DNA of 64,000 bases from a virus (taxonomy: Duplodnaviria > Caudoviricetes), in the IMG/VR virus record IMGVR_UViG_3300021255_002052, positions 1 through 64,000 of that record; one strand, given 5' to 3'. Made by a program: the position numbers and the translations under genes. Shown one piece after another: positions 1-10,161 of the stretch; position 1 is the first letter of the stretch, and each line of letters opens with the position of its first letter. The notes beneath the pieces are model-generated. The model searched no databases. It had not been told where the DNA came from and saw only the letters and a program-made list of their open reading frames with translations.

Positions 1-11
1 GCTTTGCCTTC

Positions 12-476
12 TCAAAAACAACCTTCACTCCGCATGGAAACATATCCGTCTCGGGAAACGATCAAATGATCGACGAGCGGAATGCAGAGAAGGTTTCCGG
101 CTTCAACGACCCGTTTTGTTATCATCACATCCTCTTTGCTAGGAGTAAGATCTCCGCTAGGATGGTTATGAGTTAATGCGATTTGCGTTGCGCCGATCTG
201 TAAGGATTTTAGGAAAATCTCTCTTGGCGTAACGAGAGCGGCATTGACGGTTCCGTGACTAAGCTCAAAACAGCCGATCAAGTGAAGCGCTGAGTCGAAA
301 CAAAGAACGTACATGAATTCCTCCGCGCAGTTCTGTATATCGATTCCCATTACGAAGTCCGCGATTTTCTCGGGAGTGTCAAAGCGTTTTCTGCCGTCTA
401 CCTTGTACGTCCGATCTTTTACCAGATATGGGTGCCCGGCTTCGTTTATCTTGCTAGCATAAGAGTAGACTTTCAT
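12..476 (-). CDS. RadC-like JAB/MPN domain protein
   Basis: EEFMYVLCFD, GTVNAALVTPREIF, HNHPSGDLTPSKED and DHLIV motifs of the RadC family. Confidence 0.9.
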   Translation of the reverse strand: MKVYSYASKINEAGHPYLVKDRTYKVDGRKRFDTPEKIADFVMGIDIQNCAEEFMYVLCFDSALHLIGCFELSHGTVNAALVTPREIFLKSLQIGATQIALTHNHPSGDLTPSKEDVMITKRVVEAGNLLCIPLVDHLIVSRDGYVSMRSEGCF

Positions 477-501
477 TTCGGTCTCCTTTCTCTTGGCGGA
501 G

Positions 502-708
502 TCAGTACTCTCCTACCTCCTCGTTTACCTGCTTTACCATGTTCGCGACGAACGCGGCCATTACCGGCGGCTCCGGACTGTTCGGGTTCTTCTGGTGATA
601 TTCATCGAACATCATACAAACAGAGCAGATAAATTCCTCGTAACTGAGACTATTCGTCGTTTTGCAGAGATTTTCCAGGGATTTCATGGCTTCAAAAATA
701 GTATTCAT
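502..708 (-). CDS. hypothetical protein
   Basis: 68-aa ORF with GGAG SD in the leftward early cluster. Confidence 0.7.
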   Translation of the reverse strand: MNTIFEAMKSLENLCKTTNSLSYEEFICSVCMMFDEYHQKNPNSPEPPVMAAFVANMVKQVNEEVGEY

Positions 709-730
709 AGTTATTTCTCCTCTCTTTCCT

Positions 731-1216
731 TTACCTTCTTCCGACGATGAGATTTCCTTTCCGGGTCACCCGGTATTCCGGAAGATATTTCGTGATTTCC
801 TCGACGTACGATTCCGTCCGCCGGTTCTCCTGCCAACAGTCTGCTTTGGTGATTCGACCTTTGCCGGTCTGGTCACCCTCGTAGACTGTCACGAGGATTA
901 TGGGAGCCTTGCTAGAAGCTAGCTGAAGCAGATCCCGCCGATCCTCGGGTTTCTGAATTACGTTGAGTACGTTAGAGATAACGGCGACATCGTAACTAGC
1001 AGATAAAGCCGCCGCGTTCTCTTCCGCCGGGCGATTCCAGGGATCGTACATGCCGACCTTACAGCCGAGTGATTCGGCGAATGCCTTGGCATTGTCGAAC
1101 TTGCCGCACCCGAGGTCGATCACGCGCTTTCCCTCGTAAATAGAACGAGCCGCCTTGCTCGTGTAGAGTTTCGGAAGCTTCGCGGAGTTTACGGAAGTGT
1201 TCCGGCTAGTAATCAT
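731..1216 (-). CDS. class I SAM-dependent methyltransferase
   Basis: VIDLGCGK SAM-binding motif, YDP, YDVAVISNVLNVI. Confidence 0.8.
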   Translation of the reverse strand: MITSRNTSVNSAKLPKLYTSKAARSIYEGKRVIDLGCGKFDNAKAFAESLGCKVGMYDPWNRPAEENAAALSASYDVAVISNVLNVIQKPEDRRDLLQLASSKAPIILVTVYEGDQTGKGRITKADCWQENRRTESYVEEITKYLPEYRVTRKGNLIVGRR

Positions 1217-1255
1217 AAAACTCCTTTCCCTAGTTAGAAAAAGCGAGCTGATTGC

Positions 1256-1516
1256 TCAGCCCGCCTTCTCAATAATCTTTTCAAATACAATTCGTTCGAA
1301 CGGATCCGTGAACCAGATCCGAGTTCCCTTCCGGTGACAGTCGAGAGGGGTAAAGCCGCCGAACTCGCTGGTGTCGTACGCTAACCACCGGAGACCCGGC
1401 ATACGGATAGCGGCGTCGACGAAGAAGAAGAACGAGTTTTCATTATCGAATAACACAGTCCAGTTCTCTTTATCGTCCTCGCACTGGACGACGGCGGAAA
1501 AGTTATTAGGTTTCAT
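1256..1516 (-). CDS. hypothetical protein
   Basis: 86-aa ORF with AAGGAG SD. Confidence 0.7.
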   Translation of the reverse strand: MKPNNFSAVVQCEDDKENWTVLFDNENSFFFFVDAAIRMPGLRWLAYDTSEFGGFTPLDCHRKGTRIWFTDPFERIVFEKIIEKAG

Positions 1517-1542
1517 AGGGATTCTCCTTTCTCTTGGCTGAT

Positions 1543-2433
1543 TTAAGTAAGTTCACTTAATACTTCTTCGGAAATCACGAATCCTTCCTTATACAGGACG
1601 ATCTTCCCCGCGATAAGGAGCTTATAGACAGTCCGGAGAAGCTCCGTCTTGTACTCGTAATCGCGGTTTTTACCGTAATCTTTGGCGATCCGGTCGCGAA
1701 TTCCGTTGATTGTTTTGCCGGTCGGGTACTTGTGAAACTCGCCGGTCGCGAGAATTTCCGGAGTTACCTTTACCTTGCGAGAAAGAGCGAACTCCGCCGG
1801 AATCGGGAACTGAGCCTTGGATCCGTGAATGATGAAATACACGTCGTACTCATCGGACAAGCACATCTGGCAGTTCTCGCAGTTTCCGCCGCAGTGCTTA
1901 TAGCCGTTTGCCTCGGTTGCTTCCAGATCGTAAATCGGAATTGCCTTGGCAACTTTGTAGTATTTCCTGATTTCCGCAGGGACGGTGAGCGGACCCCATT
2001 CGCTCAATCTCAGGTGGAAGTTAGGGAGTTTCCAGAACGGAAGCTCTTCCACGAAATCCCAGAGCACCCAGTTCTTGGTGAAGGTGAAGAACTCGATGTT
2101 CTGCCTTGCCTCGGCGAATTCGTAAAGCCGCTTCGCGAATTCCTTGTCGGGGAAATCGCCGCTTTCCGTTGGACGAACGACGCGTTCCCAGCGGGTTGCT
2201 TTGTCCAACTGATCAAAGAACCCGTCCGGATCTTCGCGGTAGAGATCCAGATTTTCCTGATGCGCTTCTAAAACCTGCGGATACTGTAATTCGTTCAGCC
2301 AAGCATAGCAGAACCCCAGTTTCGCACAGTCGCAGTTTGCCGCACAGGCTCCTGGACAGGTCTTAACCGCCGGGAATCCGAAATTGGCAAAACCGCATTT
2401 CGAATTTCCGTTGGAGATGTGTATTTTTTTCAT
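1543..2433 (-). CDS. GP88-like (radical-SAM-related) Cys-rich phage protein
   Basis: IHISNGNSK N-terminus, TCPGACAANCDC...CYA, SGDF, C-terminal CGGNCENCQMC; ATG at 2433 follows an AAGGAG SD. Confidence 0.65.
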   Translation of the reverse strand: MKKIHISNGNSKCGFANFGFPAVKTCPGACAANCDCAKLGFCYAWLNELQYPQVLEAHQENLDLYREDPDGFFDQLDKATRWERVVRPTESGDFPDKEFAKRLYEFAEARQNIEFFTFTKNWVLWDFVEELPFWKLPNFHLRLSEWGPLTVPAEIRKYYKVAKAIPIYDLEATEANGYKHCGGNCENCQMCLSDEYDVYFIIHGSKAQFPIPAEFALSRKVKVTPEILATGEFHKYPTGKTINGIRDRIAKDYGKNRDYEYKTELLRTVYKLLIAGKIVLYKEGFVISEEVLSELT

Positions 2434-2455
2434 AAGAGCTCCTTTCTGAGCAAAC

Positions 2456-2482
2456 AAAAAGACCCGGCGATTTGCCGAGTCT
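2456..2482 (-). terminator. intrinsic terminator
   Basis: Minus-strand AGACTCGGCAAATCGCCGGGTCT hairpin followed by a U-run. Confidence 0.65.
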
Positions 2483-2569
2483 GTTAACTAGTTAGCGGAG
2501 TAGCCAGAACCCTTGCGCAGAGGTAAGTTATCTAGCCACACAGACGCTTATTAGGTTGCCTTGAATAAT

Positions 2570-2905
2570 CTACTTGAGACAGTCTCCCACGAAGTCGGCG
2601 AGGAGACCGTTCAGCCGCTGATTTGCTTTCTCCCAGTCCGCTTCCTCTCTCCGGATCTTCTCCGCTGCGAGATCGTACTGACGGCAGAGGTCATAATCCG
2701 CCTTTACGTTGCCGAACGGCGCGTATCCAGTGACGATACAGACACCGTTTCCGCAGTCGTAGATATCGGCTCCCCAACCTTCGACGCGCTCGGTATGACC
2801 CCACACGGCGCGGTGATTGAGCAGATTCTGAAGATTGCAGTAACCGGTGTAGATTACCTTCCGGAAATACTGTTTCGTAAATTTCTGAGTTACCTTTGCA
2901 TTCAT
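2570..2905 (-). CDS. hypothetical phage protein (ends in TAG)
   Basis: 111-aa ORF with AAGGAGG SD; stop at 2570-2572 is TAG. Confidence 0.75.
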   Translation of the reverse strand: MNAKVTQKFTKQYFRKVIYTGYCNLQNLLNHRAVWGHTERVEGWGADIYDCGNGVCIVTGYAPFGNVKADYDLCRQYDLAAEKIRREEADWEKANQRLNGLLADFVGDCLK

Positions 2906-2989
2906 GGCATTTTCCTCCTTTTTAGGTTGACTTGGGTAATTCCCACTAGAAAAGGCCCGATCACTAGGATCAGGCCCTCATACTAGGAA

Positions 2990-3433
2990 TTACGCTGTCT
3001 CGTTCGAGAGCTGAGCGCGGAGCTTAGCTACCTCGGATTCGAGAGATACGATCTTTGCGCGGAGCTCCGGGTGTTCGATCTGGGGCAGGACTTCGTTTTC
3101 CCAGAAGATCCGGAACGCGGCTTTCTTCGCGCTCTTCTCGGGGGTCGGACGCGGGTCGCGCTTCCGGGCAAGAAGGATATCGACATCCTCTTTGGTAATG
3201 CCGAGCATGACATGGTTGCCGCGACCGCTAGTTCTCAGACGGTCGATCTCGCAAAGGCCCGGAAGAGTTTCAGTGACATGGGTTATACTGCTCTCACCAT
3301 ATCCCATCGCCAGGATAACGTCCTTAGCCACGAATACCGGAGCCGTATCGTTACCGGCGAAACGGATATGAAACTCGTTGTTGCTGAACTGATTGTTAAC
3401 TACGGAATAAGCTTTAAAAGTCGTCATGATCAA
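2990..3433 (-). CDS. Bro-N domain (antirepressor-like) protein
   Basis: IRF...PVFVAKDVILAMGY Bro-N signature and AAFRIFWENEVLPQI. Confidence 0.65.
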   Translation of the reverse strand: MIMTTFKAYSVVNNQFSNNEFHIRFAGNDTAPVFVAKDVILAMGYGESSITHVTETLPGLCEIDRLRTSGRGNHVMLGITKEDVDILLARKRDPRPTPEKSAKKAAFRIFWENEVLPQIEHPELRAKIVSLESEVAKLRAQLSNETA

Positions 3434-3678
3434 ATATCCTCCTCGATTAAAATCTTCTTATTATTGTCAATGATTCTATAACTAGCGATCGTGCTATCAT
3501 CTATAGCCTCGCTAGTGACGGACACCAGTACGTTGCCGCTATCCACGCGGTAATAGGTGTCCGAAAGATTATTATTCAGTTTTATTGAGAGCGCGTGACG
3601 CGCCCGGTCGACGGTTTCGTAAGTCCCGGCGTAGTGCCACCGGGAAATATTTCCCCTATACTTCACTAGCATCTTCAT
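3430..3678 (-). CDS. hypothetical protein
   Basis: 82-aa ORF, stop overlaps the next start, GGAGG SD. Confidence 0.7.
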   Translation of the reverse strand: MKMLVKYRGNISRWHYAGTYETVDRARHALSIKLNNNLSDTYYRVDSGNVLVSVTSEAIDDSTIASYRIIDNNKKILIEEDI

Positions 3679-3682
3679 AGCG

Positions 3683-3973
3683 TCATCCTCCGCTATCTAT
3701 GAAATAGAGAGGCTTAACGCCCCTCTCCTCGTATTTATCCCAGAAGTCGCCGTATCCGCCGTGTGTGGCGTTACGGATCTCCAGATCCTTCTCGCGCTCT
3801 GTAGCTTCACCGAACCAACCGTCGGTCAGGATCTCGTAGATCACGCTAGGAGCATCCGGGATCTGAAGGGCCCGGCAGATATCGCGGGCCAGACCCCTCG
3901 TTTTACGCGTCCGGTTAGTAACGAAAAACGGCCAGACACCCTTGTATCTGACCGTGTAGCCCTTATATGTCAT
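3683..3973 (-). CDS. hypothetical protein
   Basis: ORF with GGAGG SD before ATG at 3973. Confidence 0.65.
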   Translation of the reverse strand: MTYKGYTVRYKGVWPFFVTNRTRKTRGLARDICRALQIPDAPSVIYEILTDGWFGEATEREKDLEIRNATHGGYGDFWDKYEERGVKPLYFIDSGG

Positions 3974-4063
3974 ATTCAATTCCTCCCAACTTTAATAGAA
4001 AACCAGTCGTCCCCGCCGGATTCCTCATATTCGCGGCGGATCTTCTCCAGAATCTCGTCGTAG

Positions 4064-4333
4064 TCATTCATAGCGTCCCTCCCTCTTATTGCGCGGCTTC
4101 CAGAGCTTAGAATCCGGAAGCTCGGCGATTACCTGATAACCGGCGTAGATACACCAGATCTCGCCGTCTCTCTCCTGCTTCGCCCTCTTAAACCGGCGGG
4201 CGAGCTCCGTCTGTCGGTTGCGCTTCTTTGCGCGTTCAGCGGCCTCGCGGCGCTTCTGTCTGGTGCTGACGGTTGCTGTTACCGTGTCGATCTCGACCAT
4301 ATTAAGTAAATCGAATCTGTTATAGTTAGCCAT
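4064..4333 (-). CDS. hypothetical basic protein
   Basis: 89-aa ORF with AAGGAGG SD. Confidence 0.7.
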   Translation of the reverse strand: MANYNRFDLLNMVEIDTVTATVSTRQKRREAAERAKKRNRQTELARRFKRAKQERDGEIWCIYAGYQVIAELPDSKLWKPRNKREGRYE

Positions 4334-4358
4334 GGTAATTCCCCTCCTTAGTGATTAA

Positions 4359-4661
4359 TTAGCGGTAGATCTCGAAATCTACCACAGTGTCGTCAGTTAC
4401 TTCGCGCGTTCCCTGCCCGTCCAGGCAGATCACGACGCGGGATCCGGTCTTAAGGAACCGGCGACCACGCTTGGTCTGGTAGCTTACGCCATCCCAGAAC
4501 CAGACATGGCCGGTGCGGTCAACGAGAACCGTAAACCCGCCCTCGCGGTCTACGTCCTCGATGTAGCCGACGCGGGTATACTGGCCGGTCGGCGCGGCGG
4601 AAACGGTTCCGGAAATCAGCGTGATAGCGGCGACAGTGGCAACAAGAATTTTTCTGAACAT
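4359..4661 (-). CDS. secreted protein with signal peptide
   Basis: MFRKILVATVAAITLISGTVSA signal peptide; AAGGAG SD. Confidence 0.7.
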   Translation of the reverse strand: MFRKILVATVAAITLISGTVSAAPTGQYTRVGYIEDVDREGGFTVLVDRTGHVWFWDGVSYQTKRGRRFLKTGSRVVICLDGQGTREVTDDTVVDFEIYR

Positions 4662-4816
4662 GATATAGCTCCTTTCTTAGTGGCGGCCACCCTCGGTGAC
4701 CTGTATAATTAAGGCTCCCGTTAAACACGGGAGCCCGATGATTAGAGGGACGGCGGGAACTGTCTCGCCACAGAAACAGGCGATGATGCCCACCGTTGCT
4801 AGTAGCGCGGCCATAA

Positions 4817-4963
4817 TCAGACCGCGAAGTAATCGAGGAGAGCGTTGATATTCTCCTCGGTCTGGAACGGATACCAGTGACTGACTATTTCGTCATGCAG
4901 ATATTCATCTGTTACGTCTTTGTCCCTGTAAAGGGAATACAGGTACTTGAAATACTTTTTCAT
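4817..4963 (-). CDS. small hypothetical protein (48 aa, MKKYFKYLYSLY...)
   Basis: Manual translation; AGGAGG SD; below the ORF-track cutoff. Confidence 0.55.
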   Translation of the reverse strand: MKKYFKYLYSLYRDKDVTDEYLHDEIVSHWYPFQTEENINALLDYFAV

Positions 4964-5094
4964 TTTTCTATCCTCCTCTTTAGATTCTCCGTTCGTACGC
5001 TCTTAGTCCGTCCGACTATTCGGGCGAACATAGGAACGGGCGAGAGCAACAAAAAAGACCGGGGATTTCTCCCCGGCCGGGTCGGCATTTTCAG

Positions 5095-5871
5095 TTAGTC
5101 GGCGAAGTTATCCAGGCAATCCGCAAGGATAATCTCAGCGTCGCTCAGGCCGTACTGAGTCAGTACAGCCAGGCCGAGTTTATCCCTGTATGCATATGCC
5201 CAGTTTTTAATATTCCGGGCACAGTGATTGCGCACGTATCTGGAACAGTTGTCACGAATCCAGACACTTACAGTGTCCAGTTCGTCCCCGACTATCACGG
5301 GCTTGCGGGCGGTCTCAGCCGTCGCCTTCTTAACCCGTCCGCCAGTGCTATGCGGGCGTGCCAGAAGCGAAACCGCCTCATCAACAACCCGCTGATTGAA
5401 TAACGGGTTGTCGTCCCCGCTATTATTGATTTTGCGGAGACTATAGGCCGTCCCGTCAAACGGTACGTATTCCGCGACAACGCGACGTTCGCGGGGGATA
5501 TCCGCGTCGCGCTGAATCTGGCGGGTCATACGCTCAGAATCTATCCGCGCGGAAACGGCGGGCGTTCTGACCGCGTTTTTCGTGGCGGCCATTTTATCCC
5601 AGATTTTAGCGAAAATCTGAGACGTAAAACTAAAGGCCGCGTTTATCCACTGGCCGTGATACAAATAATCTATCCGGCCGGTATTATCGGTCCTCATACG
5701 GGACCACTTTTCGGGGTAAAAAACAAAACCCTGAATCAGCTTACGGCCACGCGTGAAAACGTGGCAAGAGTTAAAAACGAACTTGCCAGACGCGTCGTTA
5801 ACGTACGCGACACCAGACGGCACTTTTAACCCGTTCAGGGTTATAGGGTGAGACGTTGTTCTAATCTTCAT
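5095..5871 (-). CDS. hypothetical early protein
   Basis: 258-aa ORF flanked by terminator-like hairpins. Confidence 0.75.
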   Translation of the reverse strand: MKIRTTSHPITLNGLKVPSGVAYVNDASGKFVFNSCHVFTRGRKLIQGFVFYPEKWSRMRTDNTGRIDYLYHGQWINAAFSFTSQIFAKIWDKMAATKNAVRTPAVSARIDSERMTRQIQRDADIPRERRVVAEYVPFDGTAYSLRKINNSGDDNPLFNQRVVDEAVSLLARPHSTGGRVKKATAETARKPVIVGDELDTVSVWIRDNCSRYVRNHCARNIKNWAYAYRDKLGLAVLTQYGLSDAEIILADCLDNFAD

Positions 5872-5998
5872 GATATTTTCTCCAAATTAAAAAAGCCCTT
5901 AAAACGGGCGGTTTAGCGCAAATTAAAAGGGCCGGACGGCCCTGATTTTGAGTAATTAAAAGGGCCGGAATAAATCCGGCCCGAATACGGGAAAATGG

Positions 5999-6628
5999 TT
6001 AACGTACTTCCAGTGTTTCCCGCTTCACTAATTTAACCTGTGTTACGGTTTCCAAAAACTGACAGATTGCACGGTAAATCTGATTGTCAGACTTCGCGAC
6101 GATTTCGCGGTTTCCGGTTACCATTTTGCCCGTGCGGGCGTTGCTGTCAGACTTGTATTTTCCGATTAAGGAAACAAGTTTGTTTACGTGCCGGTTATCC
6201 GCGTGCCACTGATAACCGTCTTCACTGAAAAATTCATTTAATGTATGTTCTATCGCCTTCCGCGTGTTTTCTTTACTGACCTTGCTACTCTTTACCATGT
6301 GATACGTAATAGCGTTTTTCAGGTCTTTTAAGTCTGAACCGTCAAAACCGGCTACAACGATTTCACCGTCCGACTTTACAGTCTTGCGCGTCTTCGCGCC
6401 TTCAGCGAACGCGATAATGCACTTCCAGTTGTAAAGACCGTCGATTCCGTCCCCGTCCGTAATAAGTGCGGAGATATCGGAAACGGTTTCCGCGTTAAAA
6501 TTCACGTGATTGATTCTGTTAATCATCACACGGGAAATCGTCCCCGCGTCCGTCTCTTTTTCAAACAGGACATACTGATTGATGGTTTCAGTGCTATTAG
6601 CGTCAGAATCTACGAAGTACTTTTTCAT
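5999..6628 (-). CDS. hypothetical early protein (first leftward gene)
   Basis: ATG (MKKYFVDSD) at 6628 after GAGGGG SD. Confidence 0.75.
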   Translation of the reverse strand: MKKYFVDSDANSTETINQYVLFEKETDAGTISRVMINRINHVNFNAETVSDISALITDGDGIDGLYNWKCIIAFAEGAKTRKTVKSDGEIVVAGFDGSDLKDLKNAITYHMVKSSKVSKENTRKAIEHTLNEFFSEDGYQWHADNRHVNKLVSLIGKYKSDSNARTGKMVTGNREIVAKSDNQIYRAICQFLETVTQVKLVKRETLEVR

Positions 6629-6629
6629 G

Positions 6630-7820
6630 ATATTTACCCCTCTTTCGTGTGTTGAGTCGGCGTCGGAACTATTCCGGCACCCATGCCAACACACAAAAGC
6701 CGATAGAACATGATAGGTGAAAAGCACCTATTTCATATGAAATAAAGAAAAGATTTTAAATTTAAGAATCTGATTTCAGATTATTTTCCGATTTCGGAAA
6801 ACTTAAAATCTTTTTTTATTTTTTTGTCAAGATACGTACCAAAACGCGCTTGCGCTTGTTTTGATGATTTAACTATAGCACACTATTACGAATACGCAAT
6901 AGTAAATTTAAGTTTATTTTAGTGGGTGGGGGGTGTAAAAACTCAGAACGGCGGCGCGCCGCCCAGATTTATACAAGCCGCTAAACTCCCACACTTCCTT
7001 CGATTTTCGACCTCTGATTCCGAAAATTCTTCCATGCATCCCTGTCTCTTCCGAAAATATTCGTGGTATCTATCGAGTGATCACCCCTAGAAAATTTTAA
7101 AAAATCGGGATAACAAATAAATATTTTTTAAAAAATCCTACCCCGAAAATATAAGGTCGCACCGTAAAACTGGTATAGGCCAGCTCGGCTAATCGCGACC
7201 GCATCAAGACGGTTCGAAGAGGTCCTATTCTCTCGCTCTCGACTCGGTTCCGGGACGGCGACACTCTCCGCTATTTCCCCAAAATCGCGGCTTACGATAA
7301 ACTTTCCTATCCTAAACACCCCCTATAGGAGAACAGACTTCTCAATCTAGCTACCAAACGGAGATGAAACGAACTCCGAGCCTAGATACGCTATAGGGGA
7401 AGAGATACCATACGAGAGTTACTCCTTCGTACGGTCTGATCGGAGAAACTTCCTTAATATATAGAACGACCTTACGGGGCTTCCGAAGGAAGATCCGTAA
7501 CGGCGGGGGTGTTTAGAAGCGTTAGGAGAGAAAACTAAGTAAGCGAAGCGTATGAGGGGGCCGGACGCAGAGGCCCCCTACTTAAAAACCTAGGAATAAT
7601 CTCCATCTTCCTCTAGAAGTACCCTCTATAGGCCCTCTCCAAAAAAAACAAGGTTCTATACCTATCTCCTTTAAAAGGGTAAGGGGTCAAAACGTAAGGA
7701 ATTACTTACATGAATTTTTCAAAAAACAAGGTTTGGGGTCTGTGAACCTTGTGAGGGATAGAAACACTAAGCGAAAAGGCACTTTGCAGCTAGCCGTAAA
7801 CTCAGGAAGTCAAGAAAGGG
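6630..7820. other. divergent intergenic region; candidate genome end, packaging or replication control region
   Basis: Strand switch; AT-rich nested palindromes at 6748-6815; candidate leftward promoter TTGCGT-16-TATAGT at about 6872-6899; G-run at 6922-6935; inverted repeat CTAAACACCCCC/GGGGGTGTTTAG at 7312/7505. Confidence 0.45.
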
Positions 7821-7829
7821 GTGATAAAT

Positions 7830-9068
7830 ACGGAGAAAAAGTTCACTTGCCATGTCAAGGTCGTCGACGCGATGATGGGCACCGGCAAGACCAGCGCGGC
7901 CATCAACTATATAAATCGGAATCTCGGAGAGAAGCGCTTCCTATATATAACGCCGTATCTCGACGAGGTCGACCGCGTAAAGCGATCCTGTCCCGGCGCG
8001 AAATTCTATTCGCCGAAGCCGTTCACGAATACGCGCGGCGGTAAGTTTATAGATCTGAAAAAGCTTCTCCGGAAAGGCGAGAATATCTGTACCACCCACG
8101 CGCTTTTCCAGTTATTCGACCGCGAGTGTATCGACCTCTGTCTCTACCGGGATTACGTCCTGATCATGGACGAGGTCGCGGAGGTCGTTAGCGGCTACGA
8201 AATCGGCGAGAAGGACCTGGCGGGGTTATTAAAACTATACGCCTACGTCGAGCCGGAGACCGGGATCCTGCGCTGGCGGGACGACCAGGCCGACTACCGC
8301 GATCCGTACTATCAGAACGAGAAGCGGCTAATCGATCTAGAGTCCCTCTGCGTCTACGGATCCGACCTAACGCTCTGGCTCTTCCCGGTCGAGGCCTTCA
8401 ACGCGTTTTCGGAGATCTATATCCTGACCTATATGTTCGACGGTCAGATTCAGCGGTACTACTACGATTACTACGGCCTACCGTACGAGTATCTCTACGT
8501 TCGCGGCGATTCGACCGACACCTACGCGTTTTCTAGCGAACCGGGGCTCGAGAAGAAGTACGACTACCGCGCTCTCCTCGAGATTCTCGACAACGAGCGG
8601 ATGAATAAGATCGGCGACCCCGAATTCGCGCTTTCGAAGAACTGGTACGCCAGGAATCTCGACAATCCACAGATTAAGGAGTTAAAGAGCAACCTTTCTA
8701 ATTACTTTCAGAATATCCGCCGCTCTCCGACTTCCGACAATCTCTGGACGACTTTTAAGGACGCGAAGAAGCGCCTATCCGGCAACGGCTATACGCGCGG
8801 TTTCCTATCCTGTAACGCCCGCGCGACGAACCAGTATTCCGACCGTCATAATATCGCGTACCTGGTCAACCGCTATATCAATACGGTGGTCAAACAGTTT
8901 TTCGTAACCCACGGCGTCGAGGTCCTCGAAGATCGATTCGCGCTGTCCGAGATGGTTCAGTTTATCTGGAGATCCGCGATTCGGCGGGGAGAGCCGGTGT
9001 CCGTATACGTGCCGTCGAGCCGGATGCGGCGGTTACTCGAAACCTGGCTAGCCGAGGTATCCGCGTAA
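7830..9068 (+). CDS. SF2 (DEAD-like) helicase / replication protein, probable ACG start
   Basis: VVDAMMGTGKT Walker A, LIMDE Walker B, QFIWRSAIR motif VI-like; SD GAAAGGGGTGA precedes ACG at 7830. Confidence 0.7.
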   Translation, partial: TEKKFTCHVKVVDAMMGTGKTSAAINYINRNLGEKRFLYITPYLDEVDRVKRSCPGAKFYSPKPFTNTRGGKFIDLKKLLRKGENICTTHALFQLFDRECIDLCLYRDYVLIMDEVAEVVSGYEIGEKDLAGLLKLYAYVEPETGILRWRDDQADYRDPYYQNEKRLIDLESLCVYGSDLTLWLFPVEAFNAFSEIYILTYMFDGQIQRYYYDYYGLPYEYLYVRGDSTDTYAFSSEPGLEKKYDYRALLEILDNERMNKIGDPEFALSKNWYARNLDNPQIKELKSNLSNYFQNIRRSPTSDNLWTTFKDAKKRLSGNGYTRGFLSCNARATNQYSDRHNIAYLVNRYINTVVKQFFVTHGVEVLEDRFALSEMVQFIWRSAIRRGEPVSVYVPSSRMRRLLETWLAEVSA

Positions 9069-9126
9069 ATTCGGAATAGAGATCCGCGATTTTGAGAATA
9101 TAGATTATAGAAAGGAGGCGATACTT

Positions 9127-10161
9127 ACGGAATATATAAAAATCAGCGAATTAAAACCACATCCGCGAAACAAAGAATTCTTCGACGACATAACCGGCGA
9201 GAAGTGGGAGGAATTCAAGGAATCTATCCGCTCGATCGGCGTAGTCGAGCCGGTAGTCATAACGCCGGACAAGACTATAGTTTCCGGCCACCAGAGAGTC
9301 CGCGCGTGTAAGGAATTAGGGATCGACGAAGTTCTCTGCGATATGCGCAGCTACGATTCCGAGGATCAGGTACTACAGGCGTTAATCGAGACTAATATCC
9401 GACAACGCGGCGACATCGGCGGATCCGCGAAGAAGGTAGGGCGGAGAATCGTAGAATTGGAAAGGATTTACGAGATTAAGAACGGATCTACTGAATTTCA
9501 GGGTAACCAATACAAAGAGGTGGTACGAAAAAAATTCACACCACCTAAAACTCAAGAAGATGTGGCCGCCGAGATGGGTTTAGATCTTAGGACGTATCAG
9601 AATTACAAATGTTTAGCCGACATGATCCCCGAGCTAGAAGATTTAGTCGACACCGGGATTGTTAAAAAGACTACCGCCCTAGCCATAATGAGGGAACTCT
9701 CGCCTGAGGATCAGAAAGACTTTATAGAATCTCTCCCCGAAGTTGAGAAACTTACCGAGAAGAAAGCTCGCGAATTGATGGCGGAGTATAAGGACGAGCG
9801 CGATTCTTCGGAAAATAACGAAGAACTAAAGCAGAAATTGCGGGATGCGGAGAAAGAGCTCCGAATGACGGAAGAAGAAAGAAAAGAATTCAAGAAGAGA
9901 TATACAGAAGCCGCCGAGGAAGTAAAACGGCTCAAAGATACCGTCGGAAACAGTAAGACTTTACAGTCTGCGACTCTAGAGATTCAGTTACTAACCGCTG
10001 CGACTAATGAATATATCCGCCGACACGCCGGGAAGGTATGGGTTTTCAACGAATTTGATCAGCTAGATTCCTCGGTAAAGGAAGATTTCATTAAAGCGAT
10101 TAAAGCACTAGACGGATTTGCTCAACAGCTAATTATAAATTTAGGAGGTAACATTACATGA
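9127..10161 (+). CDS. ParB-N domain DNA-binding protein, ACG start
   Basis: In-frame extension upstream of the tracked ORF gives LKPHPRN...SIRSIGVVEPVVI...IVSGHQRVRACKELG; AAGGAGG lies 8 nt before ACG at 9127. Confidence 0.85.
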   Translation, partial: TEYIKISELKPHPRNKEFFDDITGEKWEEFKESIRSIGVVEPVVITPDKTIVSGHQRVRACKELGIDEVLCDMRSYDSEDQVLQALIETNIRQRGDIGGSAKKVGRRIVELERIYEIKNGSTEFQGNQYKEVVRKKFTPPKTQEDVAAEMGLDLRTYQNYKCLADMIPELEDLVDTGIVKKTTALAIMRELSPEDQKDFIESLPEVEKLTEKKARELMAEYKDERDSSENNEELKQKLRDAEKELRMTEEERKEFKKRYTEAAEEVKRLKDTVGNSKTLQSATLEIQLLTAATNEYIRRHAGKVWVFNEFDQLDSSVKEDFIKAIKALDGFAQQLIINLGGNIT

